A stretch of DNA of 64,000 nt, taken from positions 2,912,001 to 2,976,000 of the forward strand of contig CAVYGB010000008.1 of assembly GCA_963767925.1 (NCBI GenBank), given 5' to 3'. The DNA is from an uncultured delta proteobacterium. Lineage in GTDB: Bacteria > Myxococcota_A > Polyangia > Fen-1088. The notes beneath the pieces are model-generated. The model saw only the letters and a program-made list of their open reading frames with translations. It made no database searches and was not told where the DNA came from. The position numbers and the translations under genes are program-made. How positions within the stretch are numbered: position 1 is the stretch's first letter; every line of letters starts with the position of its first letter. Below, one piece after another: positions 29,612 to 37,654 of this stretch.

Positions 29612-30145
29612 ATGATGACGCTCGCCACCGTTTTACCGTTGCTGTCCGCCTCCCTCCTGGCAGCGGGCACCCCCGTCACCATCGACGGGCTCACCTCCAG
29701 CGTTCCGGCCTCCTGGAAGGAGCTGCCGGCTACCCAGATGCGCTTCAAGCAGTTCACCATCCCGAAGGTCGCCGCCGACAAGAACGACGCCGAGCTGGTG
29801 GTCTTCTTCTTCGGCCCGGGCGGCGGCGGCGACGTGCAGGCCAACCTGGCCCGCTGGAAGGGCATGTTCGTCGCGCCCGAGGGCAAGAACATCGACGAGG
29901 CCGCCAAGACCCAGACCTTCAAGGTCAACGGGGTCGACGTCACGACCCTCGACGTGCGCGGAACCTACAAATACAAGCCCTCGCCGATGGCCCCCAACGA
30001 GGAGCTGCGGCCCGGCCACCGCATGATCGCGGTCGTCTTCGCCAGCCCGCAGGGACCCTATTTCATGCGCTTCGTGGGCCCCGAGAAGACCGTCGACAAG
30101 AACCAGAAGGACTTCGACAAGTTCCTCAAGGGCTTCAAGAAGTAG
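29612..30145 (+). CDS. conserved exported hypothetical protein
   Basis: Signal peptide; MRFKQFTIP, FFGPGGGGDVQANLARWKGMF, GPYFMRFVGPEKTV. Confidence 0.8.
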   Translation: MMTLATVLPLLSASLLAAGTPVTIDGLTSSVPASWKELPATQMRFKQFTIPKVAADKNDAELVVFFFGPGGGGDVQANLARWKGMFVAPEGKNIDEAAKTQTFKVNGVDVTTLDVRGTYKYKPSPMAPNEELRPGHRMIAVVFASPQGPYFMRFVGPEKTVDKNQKDFDKFLKGFKK

Positions 30146-30161
30146 CCGGTCGAGGAGGGAG

Positions 30162-30204
30162 AGGAAGGGAACGAAGGCGCGCGCGACGCGGTCGTTCCCT
30201 TCCT
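30162..30204 (+). terminator. 13-bp perfect inverted repeat downstream of the gene (possible terminator/stabiliser)
   Basis: AGGAAGGGAACGA (30162-30174) / TCGTTCCCTTCCT (30192-30204); no poly-U tail. Confidence 0.4.
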
Positions 30205-30507
30205 GGGAGGCGGGGCTGTCGCTGCCGCCCCGATGTGGAAAAATGTGCAAGTCGGAGTGGGAGAGCCTCTCCGCCCCCGACGGGGCTCGACACGACCGGT
30301 TCCGGTGCTGAGCGCCTCTGCGGGCCGGCTCTACTGCGCCTCTGCGGGGCCGGCTCTGCTGGGTTCGTTTTACAGATCTTCTCTACAGATTTGGGGGGCC
30401 CACGCCGATGACGTCCTCGTGCCAGGCGCGCTCGCGCAACCCATGGTAGGGGCCGGCGTGCCCGGCGTTTTCATGTTAAGGTAACCTTCCCGAGTGAAGC
30501 TTTCACT

Positions 30508-32457
30508 GTGTGCGGCCTCGCTGGAATCCTGAGCCTTTCCGAGGAGCCCGTGGCTCCCGGCGAGCTCGAGTCGATGATCCGCCCGCTGCACCACCGCGGC
30601 CCCGATGATACGCAGGTGTTCAGGCAGGGCGGCGTGGGGCTGGCCCACGCCCGCCTGAGCATCATCGACATCGCCGGCGGCCGGCAGCCCGTCCACAACG
30701 AGGACGAGTCGATCTGGACCGTGTTCAACGGGGAGATCTTCAACTACCTCGAGCTCCGGCAGGAGCTTGAGGCGAAGGGCCACACCTTCTATACGCGCTC
30801 GGACACCGAGGTCATCGTGCACGCCTACGAGCAATATGGGCTCGACTTCGTGCAGCGCTTCAACGGCCAGTGGGCCATCGCCCTCTGGGACCGCAACCGC
30901 AAGCGCCTGGTCCTGGCCCGCGACCGGCTGGGGGTGCGACCCCTGTTTTACCGGCGCACGGGCGATCGCCTGCTCTTCTCCTCCGAGATCAAGGGCATCT
31001 TCGCCCTGCCGGGGGCCGAGCGGCGGATCGACCGGCGGGCGCTGGCCAGCGTGTTCCACTTCTGGTCGCCCCTCGAGCCGGCCAGCATGTTCGAGGGCGT
31101 CTCGCAGGTGCCCCCCGGACACATGCTCATCGCCGAGACCGGCGACAAGAAGGGCGACCTCCAGGTCCGCCGCTGCTGGGACTGGAGCTTCCCCTCCGAG
31201 GAGATCCCCTTCGACCGCCCGATCAAGGACTACGCCGACGAGCTGCGCAGCCTGATGATCGATGCCGTCCGCCTGCGCCTCCGCTCCGACGTGCCGGTGG
31301 GCGCCTATCTGAGCGGCGGGCTCGACTCCTCGATCATCACGACCCTCATCAAGAACTACACCGACACGCCCTTGCGCACCTTCTCGCTGGGGTTCGAGGA
31401 CGAGGAGTTCGACGAGAGCCCCTACCAGCAGGAGCTGATCCAGCACCTCGGCACCACCCACACCTCCATGACCTGCACCAAGCGGGACATCGGGGCGGCC
31501 TTTCCCCGCACCATCTGGCACACCGAGGCCTCCATCCTGCGCACGGCCCCCACCCCGCTGATGTTGCTGTCGCAGCGGGTGCACGAGGAGGGCTACAAGG
31601 TCGTCCTCACCGGCGAGGGGGCCGACGAGGTGTTCGGGGGCTACGACCTGTTCAAGGAGGCGCACATCCGGCGCTTCTGGGCGCGCCGGCCCGACTCGAA
31701 GTGGCGGGCCTCGCTGCTCTCGCGCCTGTACCCCTACCTCAAGAGCTCGCCGACCGCCTCGCCCCGCTACGCCGAGAGCTTCTTCAGCCAGGGGATGGAC
31801 CGCATCGCCGAGCCCTTCTTCGGGCACCTGCCGCGCTGGTCGACCACCAGCCGCACCTGGCGCTTCTTCAGCGGCGAGCAGCTCGCCGCCCTCGAGGGCT
31901 GGAACCCGGTCGAGCAATACCGGCAGCAGCTCCCGGCCGAGATCGGCCGCTGGCACCCCTTCAACCGCGACCAGTACAACGAGGGCCACACCCTGCTGTC
32001 GGGCTACCTGCTCTGCTCGCAGGGTGACCGGGTGGCGATGGCCAACTCGGTCGAGGGGCGCTTCCCCTTCCTCGACTACCGGGTGCTCGAGCTGGCCAGC
32101 CGCTTGCCGATCTCCTGCAAGATGCTGGGTCTCAAGGAGAAGCACCTGCTCAAGCGGGCCATGGCCGACCTGCTGCCCCGGTCGATCACGAAACGGACCA
32201 AGCAGCCTTACCGGGCCCCCGACAGCCAGAGCTTCTTTCACGAGCAGAAGCCGCTGCCCTACGTGGCCGACCTGCTCAGCGAGTCGCGCATCAAGACGGC
32301 CGGCTACTTCGATCCCATGGGCGTCACCCGCCTGATGGAGAAGTGCCGCAGCGGGCGGGCCATCGGCTTCGCCGACAACATGGCCTTCGTCGGCATCCTC
32401 TCCACGATGCTCCTCGACGAGATGTACATCCGACGGCTGGGACCCCTGCCGTCATAA
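30508..32457 (+). CDS. asnB: asparagine synthase (glutamine-hydrolysing) family amidotransferase
   Basis: N-terminal MCG Ntn nucleophile, HRGPD, RLSIID, FNGEIFN, YLSGGLDSS, VVLTGEGADE, SVEGRFPFLD. Confidence 0.92.
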   Translation: MCGLAGILSLSEEPVAPGELESMIRPLHHRGPDDTQVFRQGGVGLAHARLSIIDIAGGRQPVHNEDESIWTVFNGEIFNYLELRQELEAKGHTFYTRSDTEVIVHAYEQYGLDFVQRFNGQWAIALWDRNRKRLVLARDRLGVRPLFYRRTGDRLLFSSEIKGIFALPGAERRIDRRALASVFHFWSPLEPASMFEGVSQVPPGHMLIAETGDKKGDLQVRRCWDWSFPSEEIPFDRPIKDYADELRSLMIDAVRLRLRSDVPVGAYLSGGLDSSIITTLIKNYTDTPLRTFSLGFEDEEFDESPYQQELIQHLGTTHTSMTCTKRDIGAAFPRTIWHTEASILRTAPTPLMLLSQRVHEEGYKVVLTGEGADEVFGGYDLFKEAHIRRFWARRPDSKWRASLLSRLYPYLKSSPTASPRYAESFFSQGMDRIAEPFFGHLPRWSTTSRTWRFFSGEQLAALEGWNPVEQYRQQLPAEIGRWHPFNRDQYNEGHTLLSGYLLCSQGDRVAMANSVEGRFPFLDYRVLELASRLPISCKMLGLKEKHLLKRAMADLLPRSITKRTKQPYRAPDSQSFFHEQKPLPYVADLLSESRIKTAGYFDPMGVTRLMEKCRSGRAIGFADNMAFVGILSTMLLDEMYIRRLGPLPS

Positions 32458-32475
32458 CGCGACTAGGACGGACGC

Positions 32476-34029
32476 ATGCTGCTGCACCATCAGCTCAGGG
32501 CCACCATCGATCGTTTTGGCGAGAAGACCGCCGTGCGCGTGGGCGACGCGCGCTACAGCTACCGGGACATCGATCAGATGGCGACCCGGCTGGCCCTGGC
32601 GATGCAGAAGCGGGGCGTGCGCCGGCACGACCGGGTGGGGCTGTTCTTGCCCAACGGCATCGACATGGTGGTGGGCATCTTCGCCGCCCTCCGCTGCGGG
32701 GCGGCCTTCATGCCCATCAACCCTCAGACCAAGGCGGCCAAGCTCCGCTACATGCTCACCGACTCGACCCCCCGCTGCGTGGTGGTGCAGGGCGAGCTGT
32801 CGGCGACCTGGAGCGAGGCGACCGCGGGGCTCAGCGAGCCGAGCTCGATCCTGGTGGCGGGCGGGTCGCCCGCGGCGGCGCCCGACGGGCCGAAGGACGC
32901 CCGGGTCGAAAGCCTCTCCGCCGCCGTCGAGACCGCCGGGGGCGGCCTGACCGATCCGGGCCTCATCGACCTCGACCTGGCCTCGATCATCTACACCTCG
33001 GGCTCGACCGGCGATCCCAAGGGCGTGATGCTGAGCCACCGCAACATGGTCTCGGCCTGCAACTCGATCTCCGAGTACCTGGGGCTGCGCGAAGACGACG
33101 TCATCATGTGCGCCCTGCCGCTCTCCTTCGACTACGGCCTCTACCAGATCCTGATGGCGTTCAAGATGGGCGCCACCGTGTTCCTCGAGCCGTCCTTCTC
33201 CTTCCCGGTGAAGATCCTGGAGGTCATGCAGAAGGAGCGGATCACGGTGTTCCCGGGCGTCCCCACCATGTTCGCCATGTTGATGGGCCTCGACATCTTG
33301 ACCCGCTTCGACCTGTCGGCGGTGCGTATGTTCACCAACACCGCCGCCGCCCTCTCGGCCAAGCAGATCGAGGATCTGCGCAAGACCTTCCCCCAGGCCC
33401 GCCTGTTTTCCATGTACGGCCTCACCGAGTGCAAGCGGGTCACCTACCTGCCGCCCGACCAGCTCGACAAGCGGCCGACCAGCGTGGGCCGGGGCATGCC
33501 GAACGAGGAGGTCTACCTGATCGACGAGGACGGCCGCCGCCTGCCCAACGGCAGCATCGGCCAGCTCGTGGTGCGGGGGAGCAACGTCATGGTCGGCTAC
33601 TGGAACAAGCCCGAGGAGACCGAGCGCCGGATCAAGCCCGGCCAGTACCCGGGCGAGCGGGTCCTGCACACCGGCGACCTGTTCCGCACCGACGAGGAGG
33701 GCTACCTCTTCTTCGTGGGGCGCACCGACGACATCATCAAGAGCCGGGGCGAGAAGGTCAGCCCGCGCGAGGTGGAGAACGCCATCCACGATCTGGTCGG
33801 CGTGTCCCAGGTGGCCGTGATCGGGGTGCCCGATCCGATGCTGGGCGAGGCCATCAAGGCCTACATCGTGCTCAAGGACGGCGTGACCTACAGCGAGCGG
33901 GAGATCGTCAAACACTGCCTGGCCCGCCTCGAGAACTTCATGGCCCCCAAACACGTGGAGTTCGTCACCACGCTTCCCATGACCAACACCGGCAAGGTAA
34001 GCAAGAGCGAGCTCCGCAAACGCAACTGA
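32476..34029 (+). CDS. AMP-forming acyl ligase (ANL superfamily)
   Basis: IIYTSGSTGDPKGV, LPLSFDYG, MYGLTEC, TGDL, GRTDDIIKSRGEKVSPREVE, terminal GK motif. Confidence 0.92.
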   Translation: MLLHHQLRATIDRFGEKTAVRVGDARYSYRDIDQMATRLALAMQKRGVRRHDRVGLFLPNGIDMVVGIFAALRCGAAFMPINPQTKAAKLRYMLTDSTPRCVVVQGELSATWSEATAGLSEPSSILVAGGSPAAAPDGPKDARVESLSAAVETAGGGLTDPGLIDLDLASIIYTSGSTGDPKGVMLSHRNMVSACNSISEYLGLREDDVIMCALPLSFDYGLYQILMAFKMGATVFLEPSFSFPVKILEVMQKERITVFPGVPTMFAMLMGLDILTRFDLSAVRMFTNTAAALSAKQIEDLRKTFPQARLFSMYGLTECKRVTYLPPDQLDKRPTSVGRGMPNEEVYLIDEDGRRLPNGSIGQLVVRGSNVMVGYWNKPEETERRIKPGQYPGERVLHTGDLFRTDEEGYLFFVGRTDDIIKSRGEKVSPREVENAIHDLVGVSQVAVIGVPDPMLGEAIKAYIVLKDGVTYSEREIVKHCLARLENFMAPKHVEFVTTLPMTNTGKVSKSELRKRN

Positions 34030-34051
34030 CTACCAGGGAAAGCAAGCGCCG

Positions 34052-34303
34052 ATGGACATCAAAGCCAAGGTCAGACAGTACATCTCCGAGAACATCCTCA
34101 TGACCGGAGCCGCTGCGGACCTCACCGATGACGCCTCGCTGTTGCAACGGTCGGTCCTCGACTCGACCGGAGTCCTCGAGCTGGTGACCTTCCTGGAGGA
34201 CACCTTCCACATCAAGGTGGCCGACGAGGAGATGTTGCCCGACAACCTCGACTCGCTGAACAAGATCGCCACCTACGTGCAGAGCAAGCTCCCCAAGGCT
34301 TGA
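34052..34303 (+). CDS. acyl carrier protein
   Basis: 83 aa, acidic; VLDSTGVLELV with the phosphopantetheine Ser. Confidence 0.9.
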   Translation: MDIKAKVRQYISENILMTGAAADLTDDASLLQRSVLDSTGVLELVTFLEDTFHIKVADEEMLPDNLDSLNKIATYVQSKLPKA

Positions 34304-34323
34304 AGGCCAGAGAGGTCGACCAA

Positions 34324-35325
34324 ATGAGCAGCGAGATCACGACCAAGCTCCGAGGTGTCCTCGATCTCGACCCGGCGGCCGAGACCGAGTTCATCTGCAC
34401 GCGCATGCGGGAGATCGTGAGCCAGCAGCTCAAGCGCCGGGGGGTGGTCGTCGCCGTCTCGGGCGGCGTCGACAGCTCGGTCTGCCTGGCCCTGGCCGCC
34501 AGGGCCTTCGGCCCCAGCAAGGTGTTCTCCCTGCTGCTGCCCGAGCGGGAGTCCTCCTCGGCCAGCGTCGAGCTCGGGCGCAAGATCTCCGAGCAGGTGG
34601 GGGTCCCCTGGTCGATCGAGGACATCACCCCCGCCCTCGAGGGGCTGGGCTGCTACCGGCAGCGCGACGAGGCCATCCGCAAGGTGTTCCCCGAATACGG
34701 CGAAGGCTGGAAGAACAAGATCGTCATCGCCGGCGGGGCCCAGGGCGGCGTGAACTTCTTCAAGCTCGTCGTGCGCTCCCCCGCCGGGGAGATGCGCGAG
34801 CAGCGGGTGCCCCACGGGCCCTATCTCCAGATCGTGGCCGCCCAGAACTACAAGCAGCGGGCCCGCAAGACCATCGAGTTCTTCCACGCCGACCGCCTCA
34901 ACTACGCCGTGGTCGGCACCCCCAACCGGCTGGAGTACGACCAGGGCTTCTTCGTGAAGAACGGGGACGGCTCGGCCGACATCAAGCCGATCGCCCACCT
35001 CTACAAGACCCAGGTCTACGCCCTGGCCCGGCACCTCGATCTGCCGGCCGAGATCTGCAGCGCCCGGCCCACCACCGACACGTACAGCCTGCAGCAGGGA
35101 CAGGACGAGTTCTACTTCGCCCTGCCCTACGAGAAGATGGACGTCGCGCTGTGGGCCTACAACCACGGGGTGTCGGCCGAGGCCCTGGCCGGAGCCCTGG
35201 GGGTGAGCGCCGAGCAGGCGTCCTTCGTGTACGGCGACATCCAGGCCAAGCGCGACGCGACCCGCCCCCTGCACTCCCGGCCCATCCTCATGCGTCCCGT
35301 GGAGGAGGTCCGGCCCCTCGGCTGA
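34324..35325 (+). CDS. nadE: NH3-dependent NAD synthetase-like ATP pyrophosphatase (NadE paralog)
   Basis: PP-loop SGGVDSS, NYKQRAR, VVGTPNRLE..QGFFVKNGDG..DIKPIAHLYKTQVY; no glutaminase domain. Confidence 0.82.
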   Translation: MSSEITTKLRGVLDLDPAAETEFICTRMREIVSQQLKRRGVVVAVSGGVDSSVCLALAARAFGPSKVFSLLLPERESSSASVELGRKISEQVGVPWSIEDITPALEGLGCYRQRDEAIRKVFPEYGEGWKNKIVIAGGAQGGVNFFKLVVRSPAGEMREQRVPHGPYLQIVAAQNYKQRARKTIEFFHADRLNYAVVGTPNRLEYDQGFFVKNGDGSADIKPIAHLYKTQVYALARHLDLPAEICSARPTTDTYSLQQGQDEFYFALPYEKMDVALWAYNHGVSAEALAGALGVSAEQASFVYGDIQAKRDATRPLHSRPILMRPVEEVRPLG

Positions 35326-35346
35326 CCGGCTGTTAAGATCGGGACC

Positions 35347-36132
35347 ATGAAGATCTACGAGTTTCTGGCCCGCTCGCAGCATCCGCTGGCCCGGGAGGCG
35401 CGGTCCCTGTACCGCCGCATGGAGCAGTTCTCCCTGCCCGCGCCCGCCCCCCTGGTCAAGCCGGCGATGTGGGCCTTCCTGGGCCTGCAGTCGGCCTACC
35501 ACTTCGGGGCCCGGATCATCTTCGCCGAGCCCCTCATGAAGGGCTACTGCAAGAGCTACGGCCGGAACTTCCACACCGGCTCCCACGTCCACTGGATCCA
35601 GGGCAAGGGCGACCTCATCGTCGGCGACGACGTGCTCATCGACGGCAAGTGCAACATCGCCTTTGCCACGACGTTGCACGATCGTCCAACCCTGCGCATC
35701 GGCGACCGGACCGTGATCGGCCACGGCTCGTCGATGGTGGTGGCCAGGGCGATCACCATCGGCGCCGATTGCCTCATCGCGGGCGGGACCTGGATGTTCG
35801 ACTCACCGGGGCACCCCTCGGATCCGACCGACCGCAAGGCCCACAAGAAGCCGGGGCCCGAGGACATCAAGCCGATCGTGATCGAGGACAACTGCTGGAT
35901 CGGGAGCGACGCCGTCCTGGCCCCCGGCGTGCGGGTCGGCGAGGGCAGCATCGTGGCGGCCAAGTCGGTGGTCCTGACCGACGTGGCCCCCTACACGGTG
36001 GTGATGGGCAATCCGGCCCGCCGCATCCTGCAGCTCAAGCCACCTGCCGGCACCGCGTCGACGGCGGCTCCGGCGGCCGTCACCCCGCCTGCCGCCGCCT
36101 CCGGCGCCGAGCCGTTGAAGGTCGCGACCTGA
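35347..36132 (+). CDS. hexapeptide-repeat (left-handed beta-helix) acyltransferase
   Basis: IGDRTVIG, IGADCLIAGG, DSPGHP, IEDNCWIGSDAVLAPGVRVGEGSIVAAKSVV, VVMGNPAR. Confidence 0.88.
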   Translation: MKIYEFLARSQHPLAREARSLYRRMEQFSLPAPAPLVKPAMWAFLGLQSAYHFGARIIFAEPLMKGYCKSYGRNFHTGSHVHWIQGKGDLIVGDDVLIDGKCNIAFATTLHDRPTLRIGDRTVIGHGSSMVVARAITIGADCLIAGGTWMFDSPGHPSDPTDRKAHKKPGPEDIKPIVIEDNCWIGSDAVLAPGVRVGEGSIVAAKSVVLTDVAPYTVVMGNPARRILQLKPPAGTASTAAPAAVTPPAAASGAEPLKVAT

Positions 36133-36190
36133 TACGCGTCCAAGACGGGTAGCAGTTGCCCGGCTGGCTTTTCCCGGGCAGCGTAGGGCC

Positions 36191-37486
36191 ATGTCGACAA
36201 TGCGCATATCCACGCTCGCTTCGCTGACCTGCCTGCCCGCCTTGCTGGGCGCAGCGCCCGCCCTGGGCGCGGAGTACTTCGTGGCCCCCAGCGGCAACGA
36301 CGGGGCCAGCGGCAAGGCCGGAGAGCCCTGGAAGACGCTGCAGAAGGCCGCCGACACCGTGCAGACCGGCGACCGGGTGGTCGTCGAAGACGGCACCTAC
36401 CGCGGCTTCACCGTCGACGAGCGGGAGTTCGGGCCCGGGCGGGTCACCTTCGTGGCCCGCAACAAGTGGAAGGCCCGCGTCACCTCCCCCTCCCTCAAAT
36501 ACGGGAAGAACGACGGCATCGCCATCGTCTCCTCGAGCTACGTCACCATCGACGGCTTCGAGGTGACGGGCGCCTCCCGGGCCGGCATCGTGGTGCGCAG
36601 CTTCGCCCCCGAGCCGGCCGGCAAGGACACCCGGGACAACATCATCCGCAACTGCTGGAGCCACGACAACGGGGCCTGGGGCAAGGGCGAGGGGGCCCAC
36701 GACGGCATCTTCACCGGCTGGGCCCTCAACGTGCTCATCGAAAACAACCTCGTCGAGCGCAACGGCGAACACGGGATCTACGTGTCGAACTCCGCCGACA
36801 ACCCCATCGTCCGGAACAACATCGTGCGGGGCAACTGGGCCCAGGGGATCCAGATCAACGCCGACGGGGACCTCGACGGCGACGGCATCATCACCAACTG
36901 GGAGATCTCCGGCAACATCATCACCGAGAACTCCATCCGGGGCGGGTCGACCGCGGTCAACCTCGACGGGGCGGTGCGGGGGCGGGCCTTCAACAACCTG
37001 ATCTACGGCAACGGCAAGGGCGGCTTCGTGCTCTGGCAGGGCAACGGCAACGCCTCCTCCAACGAGAACGTGTTTTACAACAACACAGTCTACAACCCGA
37101 AGGGGACCAAGGCCGCCTTCATCTTTTACACGGGCGCCTCCAACAACGTCGTCTTCAACAACATCCTCTACTCCCGCTCGGGCGGCATCGAGGTCGACGA
37201 GGAGGAGGCGGGCAAGGGCAACCGCCACGACTTCAACCTGGTGACCTCGGTGCTGGGCTCGAGCAAGCTGGGCCCCAACGAGGCCTCCCCCCCGGTGAGC
37301 GAGCTGTTCATCGACGCCGACAAGGGCAACCTGCGCCCCCGCCCCGGCGCCCCTTCCCTCGGCAAGGGCGCCGCCACCTTCGCCGGTCGCAAGGTGGTCC
37401 CCACCGACCTGGAGGGGCGCGCCCGACCCCAGACCAGCGCCCCCGACATCGGCTGCTACCAGAGCGCCGCGACCGCCCAGCGTTGA
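36191..37486 (+). CDS. secreted right-handed parallel beta-helix protein (DUF1565/pectin-lyase-like)
   Basis: Signal peptide; YFVAPSGND...PWKTLQKAA...GDRVVVEDGTY; Asn-rich repeats, HGIYVS; terminal PDIGCY. Confidence 0.85.
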   Translation: MSTMRISTLASLTCLPALLGAAPALGAEYFVAPSGNDGASGKAGEPWKTLQKAADTVQTGDRVVVEDGTYRGFTVDEREFGPGRVTFVARNKWKARVTSPSLKYGKNDGIAIVSSSYVTIDGFEVTGASRAGIVVRSFAPEPAGKDTRDNIIRNCWSHDNGAWGKGEGAHDGIFTGWALNVLIENNLVERNGEHGIYVSNSADNPIVRNNIVRGNWAQGIQINADGDLDGDGIITNWEISGNIITENSIRGGSTAVNLDGAVRGRAFNNLIYGNGKGGFVLWQGNGNASSNENVFYNNTVYNPKGTKAAFIFYTGASNNVVFNNILYSRSGGIEVDEEEAGKGNRHDFNLVTSVLGSSKLGPNEASPPVSELFIDADKGNLRPRPGAPSLGKGAATFAGRKVVPTDLEGRARPQTSAPDIGCYQSAATAQR

Positions 37487-37654
37487 CCGTTGCCCGCACC
37501 CGTTGTCCCGGGCGCAACGATCGGTCCGGGTCGCTGTCGGTGACGCTGCCCTCCACACGCCGGGTCGGGCCCGAGATGGGCGACTTCAAGAGGGTAATCG
37601 GGCGCCGGTCGGTTCCGGGGAGACGTGCACACTTCGTGCAGTCTCCCTCGGTTC

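Noticed and set aside
36165..36180. Sigma-54 promoter (GG-N10-GC) before the beta-helix gene
   Set aside because: Spacing fits, but the TGGCAC/TTGC consensus is poor and it is too close to the start codon
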